Of a DNA stretch of 64,000 nucleotides, positions 39,321-48,971 are shown in pieces. A program made the position numbers and the translations under genes. Position 1 is the first letter of the stretch; each line of letters begins with the position of its first letter. Source of the stretch: a virus (Duplodnaviria; Caudoviricetes); the IMG/VR virus record IMGVR_UViG_3300030098_005649; one strand, 5' to 3'. The notes below the pieces were generated by a model. It saw only the letters and a list, made by a program, of their open reading frames with translations, was not told the origin of the DNA and did no database searches.

Positions 39321-39821
39321 ATGGCAGAAAGAAAAGTTAGTTGTCCTTGTTGTGCAAATTATGGTATAAATCAAAAAGAAAAATGTTTCGAGGAGACATT
39401 AGAAGATAGTGGGTTTAGGTCATACTTATGTTTTCATTGTGGATACACAAGTAATTCAGAATATTATGATGGTTCTGAAAAAAGAGATAAGATGTTAGAG
39501 ACAACTGCACTCATAGTAAAACAAATAGAAGTGTGGGATAATGATAGACAATTATATTGGTATCCATCTGTTTTGAATATGGGTATGTTGGGAATGATTT
39601 ATCCTGAAGGTACACAAGACGAGTGGGTTTGGAGATTTGCAAAAGTAATAGAGATACCAGAAAATGAACAACATATGTATTTAGACGAAAAAGGTGAACC
39701 ACATAAACACAGACTCGATGTTGAGGGTGCAACAACTTATGGTAAGTTTGATTTTTTCACGGCCTGTAAAGATATGGGAATCATTACAGACCAAAAACTT
39801 GAGGTGATGAATGGCTCGTAA
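39321..39821 (+). CDS. zinc-binding hypothetical protein
   Basis: CPCC ... CFHCG. Confidence 0.55.
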   Translation: MAERKVSCPCCANYGINQKEKCFEETLEDSGFRSYLCFHCGYTSNSEYYDGSEKRDKMLETTALIVKQIEVWDNDRQLYWYPSVLNMGMLGMIYPEGTQDEWVWRFAKVIEIPENEQHMYLDEKGEPHKHRLDVEGATTYGKFDFFTACKDMGIITDQKLEVMNGS

Positions 39822-40308
39822 ACCTTATACTTGGTCAAAAGTCAAGAACGGAGATATAATTTCATTTCATTATGAGACAAAAAGAGGTCCTGATAAAGGT
39901 CGTAAATTATTACGAACCATATTGGTGATAAATAAATTGTTTCGTAAGAATAAAATTGGTGGTGATGTTAGTCGATTATTGAGTGGAATATTATTGAAAA
40001 AATCTGCAAGTGCAGTCGCCAGACCAGAATTGGTCAAAACAATTATTGACTCTTTTGGTGAGATAAAACTAAGGGAGGCAATTTCTGGTACAAGAGTTAT
40101 TTTGAGTGTAAGTCCAGACTTCAATGCAGACACTCCACAAAGAGTAAGAGATATTCTACAACAACTATCGAGAAAGATGGGTAGAGTTGGTGGTACACCA
40201 TACAGAACATTCGATTATGATGAATGTTTGACATCGGCTGTACACTTAGAACCAATACAAATGCCATTGAAAGTGGTTGAAGGACTAAAAGACCAAATAG
40301 AAAAATGA
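39811..40308 (+). CDS. hypothetical protein
   Basis: 165 aa basic ORF coupled on both sides. Confidence 0.55.
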   Translation: MARKPYTWSKVKNGDIISFHYETKRGPDKGRKLLRTILVINKLFRKNKIGGDVSRLLSGILLKKSASAVARPELVKTIIDSFGEIKLREAISGTRVILSVSPDFNADTPQRVRDILQQLSRKMGRVGGTPYRTFDYDECLTSAVHLEPIQMPLKVVEGLKDQIEK

Positions 40309-40958
40309 AAATAAGTTATGGAATTACAGTTCACAATGAATCAGAGGAACTGAATAAGTTATTAGAAATATTAGTACACAAAACACAAGCCGAAGATGAG
40401 ATAGTAATTGTACAAGATGGTGATGATAAAAAAGTAGAAGAAGTTATATCATCGTGGATGAGTCAATACTTAGATGCCAAAGGTATCTATTGGTGGACAA
40501 GAAAACTTGATGGTAACTTTGCAGACCAAAAGAATTATGTAATTGAACAATCATCAGGTGATTATATTTTTCACATCGATGCTGATGAATATCCACACGA
40601 AACTCTGATTGAACAATTACCAGAAATATTAACAATCAATGATGTTGATTTGGTTTGGATACCACGAGTAAATACTATTGATGGAATGACAGAACAAGAT
40701 GTTATGAAATGGGGCTGGAGAGTTTCGGAACAAGGATGGGTAAATTATCCTGATTATCAGAGTAGGGTTTTTCGTAGGGATGAAAACATAAGATGGACTC
40801 GTCCACTACACGAACATATTGTTGGTTGTAAAACATACTCCCACTTACCACCACACGAGGAGTTGAGTTTGTACCACCCAAAAACTATTGAGAAACAAAC
40901 TCAACAAAATGTGTTTTACAACCAAAATTTTAGTCAAGAATTGAATAGAAGAGGATAA
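40305..40958 (+). CDS. GT2-family glycosyltransferase
   Basis: ISYGITVHNE, FADQKN, HIDADE (DxD), PRVN, YPDYQSR. Confidence 0.9.
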   Translation: MKISYGITVHNESEELNKLLEILVHKTQAEDEIVIVQDGDDKKVEEVISSWMSQYLDAKGIYWWTRKLDGNFADQKNYVIEQSSGDYIFHIDADEYPHETLIEQLPEILTINDVDLVWIPRVNTIDGMTEQDVMKWGWRVSEQGWVNYPDYQSRVFRRDENIRWTRPLHEHIVGCKTYSHLPPHEELSLYHPKTIEKQTQQNVFYNQNFSQELNRRG

Positions 40959-40959
40959 G

Positions 40960-42183
40960 ATGAAAACAAAATTTTTAGATTTAGGTAAACAACCAATTGC
41001 AAATGATTTCATACCAGGTGAAGAATATGAAAGTGAAAGATATTCATTTGATTTGGGAGTCGTGTATGATGATGAAACTCATTTGGTTTCGTTGAGTGAG
41101 TTTGTCCCACCAGAAAAAATGTTCAATGAAAATTATGTGTATCATTCATCATATTCTCAGACTATGAGAGACCATTTCAAAAACCTAGCGGATACTTGTA
41201 GTGAGAGATTCAATCCACTTACTGTTTTGGAGATTGGTAGTAATGATGGTGTGTTTCTAAATCATTGGGGTAACGATTATACTATTGGAGTTGAACCTTG
41301 TAGTAATTTTGCTGAGATTACAGAAGAATTAGGATACAAAACATATCCTAAGTTTTGGAACACAGAATTATCAAACGAAATAAAAGAAAGTTTTGAGAAT
41401 GGTTTCGACCTAATTTCTGCATCAAATTGTATTTGTCACATCCAAGATTTAGATGATTGTTTTACTGCAGTACATAATTTATTATCCGATAGAGGAGTAT
41501 TCGTATTTGAAGACCCATCACTAATTGAAACAATGAAGAGAAACTCATACGACCAATTCTATGATGAACACGCTCATATATTTTCAGTTACTGCATTAGA
41601 AAAACTATTGGAAAGAAATGGTTTATTTTTATTTGATGTAGAACCTTTGAGTGTTCACGGTGGTTCTAATAGAATATTTGCCAGTAAAACAGAAACAGAA
41701 AAAACTGATAGAATGAAAGAGATTCTGAAAGATGAATCAGACTATGGTTTGGATAAACTTTCTACATATGAAGAGTTTGCAAAAAGGGTTGAGAAGTCAA
41801 AAGAAGATTTATTCAACATACTAAAACAATTCAATGAAAGAGGTTACAAAGTAATTTCATATGGTGCGACATCTAAGTCTACTACGGTTTTCAACTATTG
41901 TGGGATTGATGATTATCTAATACAATACATTACTGATACCACAGAAGATAAACAAGGTAAGTATTCACCTGGTGTAAAGTTACCCGTTGTCTCACCCGAA
42001 GAGGGATTTGATGACGAGGTTGATGTTGCATTTCTTGGGGCTTGGAATTTTGAAAAAGAGATACGAGAAAAAGAATCAGATTATGAAAAGAGTGGTGGAC
42101 TATGGATAACGCATGTACCAGAAGTTAGAGTACTTGGTCACAAAGACTTTGTACACGAACCTTGGGTAGAATTAGATGAGTAA
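40960..42183 (+). CDS. NDP-hexose C-methyltransferase (SAM-dependent)
   Basis: LDLGKQPIAN, LEIGSNDG, YDQFYDEHAH, VHGGS, GATSK, AWNF. Confidence 0.88.
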   Translation: MKTKFLDLGKQPIANDFIPGEEYESERYSFDLGVVYDDETHLVSLSEFVPPEKMFNENYVYHSSYSQTMRDHFKNLADTCSERFNPLTVLEIGSNDGVFLNHWGNDYTIGVEPCSNFAEITEELGYKTYPKFWNTELSNEIKESFENGFDLISASNCICHIQDLDDCFTAVHNLLSDRGVFVFEDPSLIETMKRNSYDQFYDEHAHIFSVTALEKLLERNGLFLFDVEPLSVHGGSNRIFASKTETEKTDRMKEILKDESDYGLDKLSTYEEFAKRVEKSKEDLFNILKQFNERGYKVISYGATSKSTTVFNYCGIDDYLIQYITDTTEDKQGKYSPGVKLPVVSPEEGFDDEVDVAFLGAWNFEKEIREKESDYEKSGGLWITHVPEVRVLGHKDFVHEPWVELDE

Positions 42184-42598
42184 ATTTGAAGAGATAAAAT
42201 TAGGATTCAATGAGGATGATAGAGCACAACGAGTGTTCTTACCATATGATGACTTAGATGGTCAGATAAATATATCCTATGTAAACTCTACAAGTCATAT
42301 TGTTGCTTGGCATAAACACGAGGTACAATATGATTATTGGTTTTGTGTAAAGGGTTCATTCAAAGTTGGTTTGTGTAAATCAGGACCTAATGAGACAAAT
42401 GGACAAGTAGAGTGGCAGTATCTATCGGATAAAAATATTAGAAGTATAAAGATACCACCTGGTGTATGGCACGGATATAAGGCATTAGAACCAAACTCTA
42501 TTATGATGTATTACTTGACACAAAAATATGAATTGGGTGATGAACAGAAATGTAAACCAGGTCAATTTGGTGAGGATTGGGGGACAGAGAATAAATGA
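42176..42598 (+). CDS. RmlC-like NDP-sugar 3,5-epimerase (cupin)
   Basis: VAWHKH...DYW..VKG, IPPGVWHGY. Confidence 0.75.
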   Translation: MSKFEEIKLGFNEDDRAQRVFLPYDDLDGQINISYVNSTSHIVAWHKHEVQYDYWFCVKGSFKVGLCKSGPNETNGQVEWQYLSDKNIRSIKIPPGVWHGYKALEPNSIMMYYLTQKYELGDEQKCKPGQFGEDWGTENK

Positions 42599-43071
42599 GT
42601 TTTAGACATAGAAGTACAAGTAATAGAAAAAGATTTTCCGACACGAGAGTATCTGATGCCATACTATTTGAAATAAAGATGATTGAAGAGTCAGATGGAA
42701 TATTAGTACCAATAGAATCTAATAGTGACATACCATTTGATATAAAGAGATTATTTTATGTTACTAAAGTACCTGCAGGAGAAGTTAGAGGTGAACACTC
42801 ACATTTTATAACCGAACAAGTATTGACTGTTCCGAATGGTTCTTTATCAGTTCTACTTGATGATGGGTTTGAGAAAAAAAATTTTTTGCTTGACTCTCCC
42901 AATAAAGCTTTGTATATTCCGTATGGTATATGGGACTCGGCAGTATATGAAAGTGAAGATACTATTTTGTTGGCAATGTCAAACATAGAATATAGAAGAG
43001 AAGATTACATCGTAGATTATTATGAATTCAAACGACTAAAGGGAGTACAAGATGAGACCATTAGGAACTGA
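42595..43071 (+). CDS. FdtA/QdtA-like sugar 3,4-ketoisomerase
   Basis: IPFDIKRLFY, RGEHSH, ALYIP..IW, DYIVDY.EF. Confidence 0.88.
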   Translation: MSFRHRSTSNRKRFSDTRVSDAILFEIKMIEESDGILVPIESNSDIPFDIKRLFYVTKVPAGEVRGEHSHFITEQVLTVPNGSLSVLLDDGFEKKNFLLDSPNKALYIPYGIWDSAVYESEDTILLAMSNIEYRREDYIVDYYEFKRLKGVQDETIRN

Positions 43072-43714
43072 TTATCTACAATATGATAGTGAGATTTATC
43101 CATTCAGAACAATAATCGAAGATTATATTGGGGAAGAATTAGAAAGAATACATTATAAAAGACATTATGAATTATTGAATCAACTGAAAACTGAACAGAG
43201 AACTATCTTTCACAAAAGAGTTTATCGTGAAGTTACTGGTGATGATAGATTGAATTTTCTTGAGTTGTATAAAAGTTTTTTGAAAGATTACATACAGCCA
43301 CAATGGGGAGATACTCAGTTATGTTATCAGACTATTCCAACATTTAGATTTCAATTTCCTGGTAACATCGGTGTATCAAAATTTCATAGAGATAGTTCAT
43401 ACAACCACTCACCCAATGAAAAAAACTACTTCCTACCATTGATGGATACTAAAGAGACTACTTCAATTTGGGTAGAATCAAATGTAGACAAAGGAGATTA
43501 TGCACCAATGATTTGTAAATATGGTGAGGTAATACAATGGGATGGTTCTACTTTGACTCACGGAAATAAACTAAACACTACAGATACTACAAGAGTTAGT
43601 TTTGATTTCAGAATTATTAGTTTTGATGATTGGGAAAGTTATAAGTGGAAAGAAAGTACGATAACTGCAGTAAAAAATCTAAGTGTTCTTGGAGACTATT
43701 GGAGTAAATTATGA
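43052..43714 (+). CDS. StrG-like putative Fe(II)/2OG dioxygenase
   Basis: YQ..PTFR, FHRDSSYNH, THGNKLN.T..TRVSFDFR. Confidence 0.65.
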   Translation: MRPLGTDYLQYDSEIYPFRTIIEDYIGEELERIHYKRHYELLNQLKTEQRTIFHKRVYREVTGDDRLNFLELYKSFLKDYIQPQWGDTQLCYQTIPTFRFQFPGNIGVSKFHRDSSYNHSPNEKNYFLPLMDTKETTSIWVESNVDKGDYAPMICKYGEVIQWDGSTLTHGNKLNTTDTTRVSFDFRIISFDDWESYKWKESTITAVKNLSVLGDYWSKL

Positions 43715-44634
43715 GAAAAAATATACTTGTTACAGGTGGACTTGGACATATTGGTTCACAAATTATAAGAAAACTTGACCACGATATAACCGTAGTTGAT
43801 AACCTTTTGACTCAAAGGTATTGTTCTTTATTCGAGTTGGATAAGAAAATAAATTTTGTAGAGTCTGATTTTTCTGAATTAGATTCTTCCTTTCTAAGTA
43901 CATTTGACGAGATATTACACTTTGGTGCAATAACAGATGCAGCTGGTAGTTTTGATAACAAAGAAGAGTTGGAAAAACATAATGTGGTATCTACTAAAAA
44001 ACTAATAAATAAATTCGTAGATTCTACTTGTAAGAGATTTATATTTCCCTCATCTACAAGTGTTTATGGTGTCGCAGCTAGTGTAGTGGATGAAGATAAT
44101 GATGAGTATGTAAATCCACAATCACCATATGCAGAATCAAAAGTAGAGATTGAAAACTATCTAAAGTTGAAAATAGACCCAACAACACATAACTATATTA
44201 TTCCAAGATTTGGAACTATCTATGGATTTTCGATTGGTATGAGATTCCATACTGCAATAAATAAATTCATTTGGCAATCAAAAATGAAAGAACCATTGAC
44301 GATATGGAAAGAAAATTACAAACAATACAGACCTTATTTGGAATTATCAGATTGTGTTCGTAGTGTTCAACACTTATTAGAAATTCCTTATATGGATGCA
44401 AAAAATAATACGATTTACAATATTTTGACTAATAATTATACATTAGAAGAAGTTATTGAAAACTTAGAAAAAGTTTTTGGTAAACAAGAACTCAATTTTG
44501 TTGAGACTCCGTTATTGAATCAATTTAGTTATAAAGTGAATGACTCAAAAATTAGAAGAACAGGATTTGTACCAAGTGGTGACTTACAATTATCGTTGGT
44601 TAGTACATCAGTTGCAATGGATGGTATAAGATGA
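43711..44634 (+). CDS. NAD-dependent epimerase/dehydratase (extended SDR)
   Basis: TGGLGHIG, PSSTSVYG, YAESK. Confidence 0.9.
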   Translation: MRKNILVTGGLGHIGSQIIRKLDHDITVVDNLLTQRYCSLFELDKKINFVESDFSELDSSFLSTFDEILHFGAITDAAGSFDNKEELEKHNVVSTKKLINKFVDSTCKRFIFPSSTSVYGVAASVVDEDNDEYVNPQSPYAESKVEIENYLKLKIDPTTHNYIIPRFGTIYGFSIGMRFHTAINKFIWQSKMKEPLTIWKENYKQYRPYLELSDCVRSVQHLLEIPYMDAKNNTIYNILTNNYTLEEVIENLEKVFGKQELNFVETPLLNQFSYKVNDSKIRRTGFVPSGDLQLSLVSTSVAMDGIR

Positions 44635-45545
44635 AAAAAGTATTAGTAACAGGTGGAGTTGGATTTGTTGGTACAAATCTGATAGAAGAATTACTAAAAC
44701 AAGGTTATAAAGTTTCATCAGTAGATAATTACGATACAGGAAAAAAAGAAAGAGAACTTGAGGGATGTAAATATCATAATATAGATATTTCAAAACCAAG
44801 TTGGTGGAGTTTATCAGATAGTTGTTGGTGTGATTTTTGGTGTGATTGTGAGGTAGAACAACCTGATATTATTTTTCATTTAGCTGCAAGAGCTAGAATA
44901 CAACCATCTTTTGAAGACCCACAATCTACTTTTCGTAGTAATGTTTTAGGTACACAAAATGTATTAGAGTATGCGAGACTACGAAATATACCTGTAATAT
45001 ATGCGGCATCATCCTCATCACACGGAGATGTACACGCAAATCCATATACATTTACAAAATGGCAAGGTGAAGAATTGATAAGACTTTATAATAAAGTATT
45101 CAATGTACCAACCGTTATCACAAGATTTTATAATGTGTATGGTGAGAGACAAAATACAGAGGGTGCTTATTGTAATGTATTGGGTATATTTGAAAGACAA
45201 TATGGTGAAGGTAGACCACTAACAATAACTGGTGATGGGGAACAGAGAAGAGACTTTACTTATGTAAAAGATATTGTTGATGGGTTGATTAGGTGTAGTT
45301 ATATTCTTGAAAGTAATAGAAGTCACAAAATTAGTGGTGAAGAAATAGAATTAGGTAATGGTAAAAATTATTCAATCAATGAATTGGCTGATTCGTTTGG
45401 TGAGAACTATCCTACAAAATACTTAGATGAAAGACCTGGTGAAGTTAGGGAGAGTCTAAATACAGATACAAAGGCACAAGACATTTTGGGTTGGAATCCA
45501 AGTGGAGATATTTTAGATTACATAAAAAATAAACTCGTAAGATGA
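44631..45545 (+). CDS. NAD-dependent epimerase/dehydratase (extended SDR)
   Basis: TGGVGFVG, AASSS, YTFTK, RFYNVYG, GDGEQRRDFTYV. Confidence 0.92.
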   Translation: MKKVLVTGGVGFVGTNLIEELLKQGYKVSSVDNYDTGKKERELEGCKYHNIDISKPSWWSLSDSCWCDFWCDCEVEQPDIIFHLAARARIQPSFEDPQSTFRSNVLGTQNVLEYARLRNIPVIYAASSSSHGDVHANPYTFTKWQGEELIRLYNKVFNVPTVITRFYNVYGERQNTEGAYCNVLGIFERQYGEGRPLTITGDGEQRRDFTYVKDIVDGLIRCSYILESNRSHKISGEEIELGNGKNYSINELADSFGENYPTKYLDERPGEVRESLNTDTKAQDILGWNPSGDILDYIKNKLVR

Positions 45546-45940
45546 AAATCAGAGACATAGTAAGACCATTATTACAAGAGATTTATCAACCTGATGGTTG
45601 GAAGATGTTGGTTTGTTGTATAATGTTAAATCTAACAAACAGAAAACAAGTGGATAGGGTAAGACATAAATTATTCAAAAAGTATCCAACTGCTAAGGAT
45701 TTATCGGTAGCTGATTATGAAGAACTATCTGAATTACTCACACCATTGGGGATGCAGTTCAAGAGAGCTGCAACACTAATGAAATTTAGTAAAGAATATA
45801 ATGATGGATTTACAGATCCCATAGAATTATATGGTATCGGTAAATATGCTAAAGACTCTTGGGAGATATTCCAAAATAATAATATGAATGTAAAACCAAA
45901 GGATAAAGTTTTACAAGAATATCTAAGAGTAGAGGGGTAA
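45542..45940 (+). CDS. MBD4-like HhH DNA glycosylase (G:T/G:U mismatch type)
   Basis: WKMLVCCIMLN.T, LG....RA..L..FS, LYGIGKYAKDS (HhH plus catalytic Asp). Confidence 0.8.
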   Translation: MKIRDIVRPLLQEIYQPDGWKMLVCCIMLNLTNRKQVDRVRHKLFKKYPTAKDLSVADYEELSELLTPLGMQFKRAATLMKFSKEYNDGFTDPIELYGIGKYAKDSWEIFQNNNMNVKPKDKVLQEYLRVEG

Positions 45941-46669
45941 ATGAAAATAATAGTTACAGGTGGTAAGGGTAAATTTGCATCTTTACTAAAAGAAAAAGGT
46001 AGTGAGTTAGGTCACGAAATACTTTGTCCAACTAAAGAAGAAATGGATATAAGAAAACTTTGGGGACACGGTGGTGTTTATGATTATTTGTGGAGTCAAA
46101 CAGATACAGACATAGTAATACACGCTGGGGCACTAACAAGACCAATGGTTGTACATCAAGAAAGACCACACGATAGTATAGAGACAAATATAATTGGTAG
46201 TAGTAATGTGGTTCTTGGTTGTATGAAATTTGATATGAAAGTAATTTATGTATCTACTGATTATGTTTATGAGGGTAAAGATGGAAACTATACGGAAGAC
46301 TCACCAGTAAAACCATTCAACAATTATGGTTGGTCAAAACTTGGTGGTGAAACACCTTGTATGATTTATGATAATTCACTAATACTAAGAATTTGTATGA
46401 ATAACAAACCATTTCCACATCCAAAAGCATTAGATGATATGTATAAGAGTTTGATTTGGGATGATGAGGCTGCTGACATTACATTGAAATTGTTAGATGA
46501 AAAAGGCATCATAAATGTAGGTGGTGAATCAAGGTCGGTGTATGACTTTGTATCTAAAACACATAAAGAAGACATTGGAAGAATATCACTATCAGATGTA
46601 AGTAATGTAAAGATGGGTACAAACACAACAATGGATTGTAGTAAACTTGAAAGGATATTGAATGATTAA
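45941..46669 (+). CDS. RmlD-like NDP-4-keto-sugar reductase
   Basis: TGGKG, YVSTDYVY, P.NNYGWSK. Confidence 0.8.
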   Translation: MKIIVTGGKGKFASLLKEKGSELGHEILCPTKEEMDIRKLWGHGGVYDYLWSQTDTDIVIHAGALTRPMVVHQERPHDSIETNIIGSSNVVLGCMKFDMKVIYVSTDYVYEGKDGNYTEDSPVKPFNNYGWSKLGGETPCMIYDNSLILRICMNNKPFPHPKALDDMYKSLIWDDEAADITLKLLDEKGIINVGGESRSVYDFVSKTHKEDIGRISLSDVSNVKMGTNTTMDCSKLERILND

Positions 46670-47627
46670 TTTATTTGAATTCAATAATTACAAAATAGAC
46701 ACTAAGAAATTAGACCATTTATTACACGGTTCTGCAGTTAGAAAACTTGAAGAACAGATTTGTGAATATGTTGGTGCAAAATATTGTGCATCATTCTGTA
46801 GTGCATCATTTATAATAGAACTTATGTTTAGTCGTCCTGAGTTTATCAATAATGAGACAAGTCTTGATATTCCAAGTATGATTCCACCTGTCGTTCCGAA
46901 TGCACTACATCATGCAGGTATGGAAATATACTTGAATGATGATGTTGATTGGGTTGGACATTCTTATGTGTTGTGGGAAGAGTTTGGTGGTGAGAGAAAG
47001 ATAATAGATTCTGCACAACAAATTGATAGGAATCAATTTTCTGATAATTGTAATGATGATGACTATATGATATTTTCATTGTATCCAACAAAACCATTAT
47101 CATCATTGGATGGTGGATTAGTTGTATCAAATAATAAAGAGGGTATTGAATTACTAAGTAGTCTTGGATTCTATGGTATGAAACGAGAGATAGATTCTTG
47201 GTCAAGAGAACCAATTAGGTATGGACACAAAACATATTTACCAACAATACAGGCAGAGTTGGCATTAGAAAACCTAAAATTTTTAGATGAGAGACACGAA
47301 AAGATTGACTACATAAGAAATTATTATAACAAGAATCTTGGGTTGAAAAATACAAGTAGACATCTTTATAGAATACGAGTTGATAATAATCAAGATGCAA
47401 TGAAATGGTTCAAGGAACAAGGTATAATTACAGGTGTACATTATAAACCAATTCATCAAATAGAATTATATAATCACTATGAATGGGATTGGCATCTTAG
47501 ATACCACAACATACCGAGAGTAAATAATCACGGAGAGACCACATTATCAATTCCATTTCACCATAAATTACAAGACAATGATATAGAATACATAGTCGAA
47601 AAGGTACAGGAGTATAAGAATGCTTGA
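46662..47627 (+). CDS. DegT/DnrJ/EryC1-type sugar aminotransferase
   Basis: IIDSAQ, FSLYPTKPL..LDGG (PLP lysine present), GVHY.PIH. Confidence 0.8.
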   Translation: MINLFEFNNYKIDTKKLDHLLHGSAVRKLEEQICEYVGAKYCASFCSASFIIELMFSRPEFINNETSLDIPSMIPPVVPNALHHAGMEIYLNDDVDWVGHSYVLWEEFGGERKIIDSAQQIDRNQFSDNCNDDDYMIFSLYPTKPLSSLDGGLVVSNNKEGIELLSSLGFYGMKREIDSWSREPIRYGHKTYLPTIQAELALENLKFLDERHEKIDYIRNYYNKNLGLKNTSRHLYRIRVDNNQDAMKWFKEQGIITGVHYKPIHQIELYNHYEWDWHLRYHNIPRVNNHGETTLSIPFHHKLQDNDIEYIVEKVQEYKNA

Positions 47628-48759
47628 AGAAATAAAAAGTTTATTCAAGGATGGTGACTATAAAGGTAAGGTGGAGTTTTTAGTATTAGGACCTTGGTGT
47701 GGTGAGTTTAGTTATGAAACTAATTGGTGGATTCCTGAGTGTAGATTACAAGTAGATAAATATTCAAGTGACGATGATATGAAGATGGTAGTTGTGGTGG
47801 TAGGTGAGTTGGGTAGTCAGCCATTGTATAGAGATTTTTGTGACTACTACATTCCAATACCACATAATTTTGGTGACGAACACGGTAAAGAGATTAAAAT
47901 TCCTGAGATGAGAGACACTTGGGCTAGAAGAAGTGATAATAAAAATGTTATGATGGCAGAAATACCTAAACCAATACAAGATTTTTATAATCATATTTGT
48001 AATAAGTGTGGAGAGTATGGAGAGGTTTACAAATATAGTCCGAGTGAGTACATAAAAGATAAAAGATATATGGAAAGACCTGCAGGTATTATTGAATATT
48101 ATACACCACCACTAAAAGAGTTGAACTTAGTAAAAGATATAATTCAAAATCATATACATAAAAACGAAAGAAAACCCTTGATATCAATATTTGCAAAACA
48201 AAGATATCGACAAGGTAAATTAGACTTTGAGAGTTGGAGTCCAAAACTTTGGGAAGAGTTTATGATAAGACTTGATGAGTTTGGTGTAAGTATTCTAAAT
48301 TTTGTAATAGAAGGTTCTGCAGGATTCTTAGAACTTGATGAAGAAGTGGTAAAAAAATATCCACATATAAATCAAATGGTTGTAAAAAACGATGTTCCAG
48401 CACCAATGGTAGATTGTATGTCCGAAAAAACAATTTTAGGATATCAAATGGCGGTTCTTGAACTAACAGATATGTCAATTTGGGGTTCAACTGGTGCTTG
48501 TACTCTAAATTATTTTATGAAGTATAGAAAACCTATGTTTGTTCAACACAATAAAAACGATGTTTGGAGACAACAATTCGAGTGGATGAGAGATATAACA
48601 CAAGACTTACATCAGATACATTTTTTTGATAAGTATAAAAGAAATGAGATGGAAAATATTCCTGTAGATGAAATGATAGATGAATTTAGAGAATGGCTCA
48701 AGTCTGATTTCAAGTATGTTTCCAATGAAGAATTTATAAAGAAAGTAGAAAAAGAATGA
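47620..48759 (+). CDS. hypothetical protein, possibly GT-B-like
   Basis: GPWCGEFSYE..WW; located within the glycan cluster. Confidence 0.35.
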   Translation: MLEEIKSLFKDGDYKGKVEFLVLGPWCGEFSYETNWWIPECRLQVDKYSSDDDMKMVVVVVGELGSQPLYRDFCDYYIPIPHNFGDEHGKEIKIPEMRDTWARRSDNKNVMMAEIPKPIQDFYNHICNKCGEYGEVYKYSPSEYIKDKRYMERPAGIIEYYTPPLKELNLVKDIIQNHIHKNERKPLISIFAKQRYRQGKLDFESWSPKLWEEFMIRLDEFGVSILNFVIEGSAGFLELDEEVVKKYPHINQMVVKNDVPAPMVDCMSEKTILGYQMAVLELTDMSIWGSTGACTLNYFMKYRKPMFVQHNKNDVWRQQFEWMRDITQDLHQIHFFDKYKRNEMENIPVDEMIDEFREWLKSDFKYVSNEEFIKKVEKE

Positions 48760-48971
48760 GGGATTTACAATCATCACTAAAATCAAAAGGTGAGTATGTA
48801 ACACAGATAATTCACTTTGTTGGCGGAGTGAAAAGAACATTTGAGGGTGTATCGACATCCAAAATAAAACAAGGTCAAATGACTAAATTAGAACTAAAGG
48901 ATGGTAGGATAGTAATGATAAATGATACAAATGTATTATGTGTAGAAGTATTTTCAGAGGATATGGAATGA
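48756..48971 (+). CDS. small hypothetical protein
   Basis: 71 aa ORF coupled on both sides. Confidence 0.6.
   Translation: MRDLQSSLKSKGEYVTQIIHFVGGVKRTFEGVSTSKIKQGQMTKLELKDGRIVMINDTNVLCVEVFSEDME

Noticed and set aside
39811-40308. T4 gp2-like DNA end-protector assignment
   Set aside because: Only a faint pattern resemblance; not supportable without a profile search.
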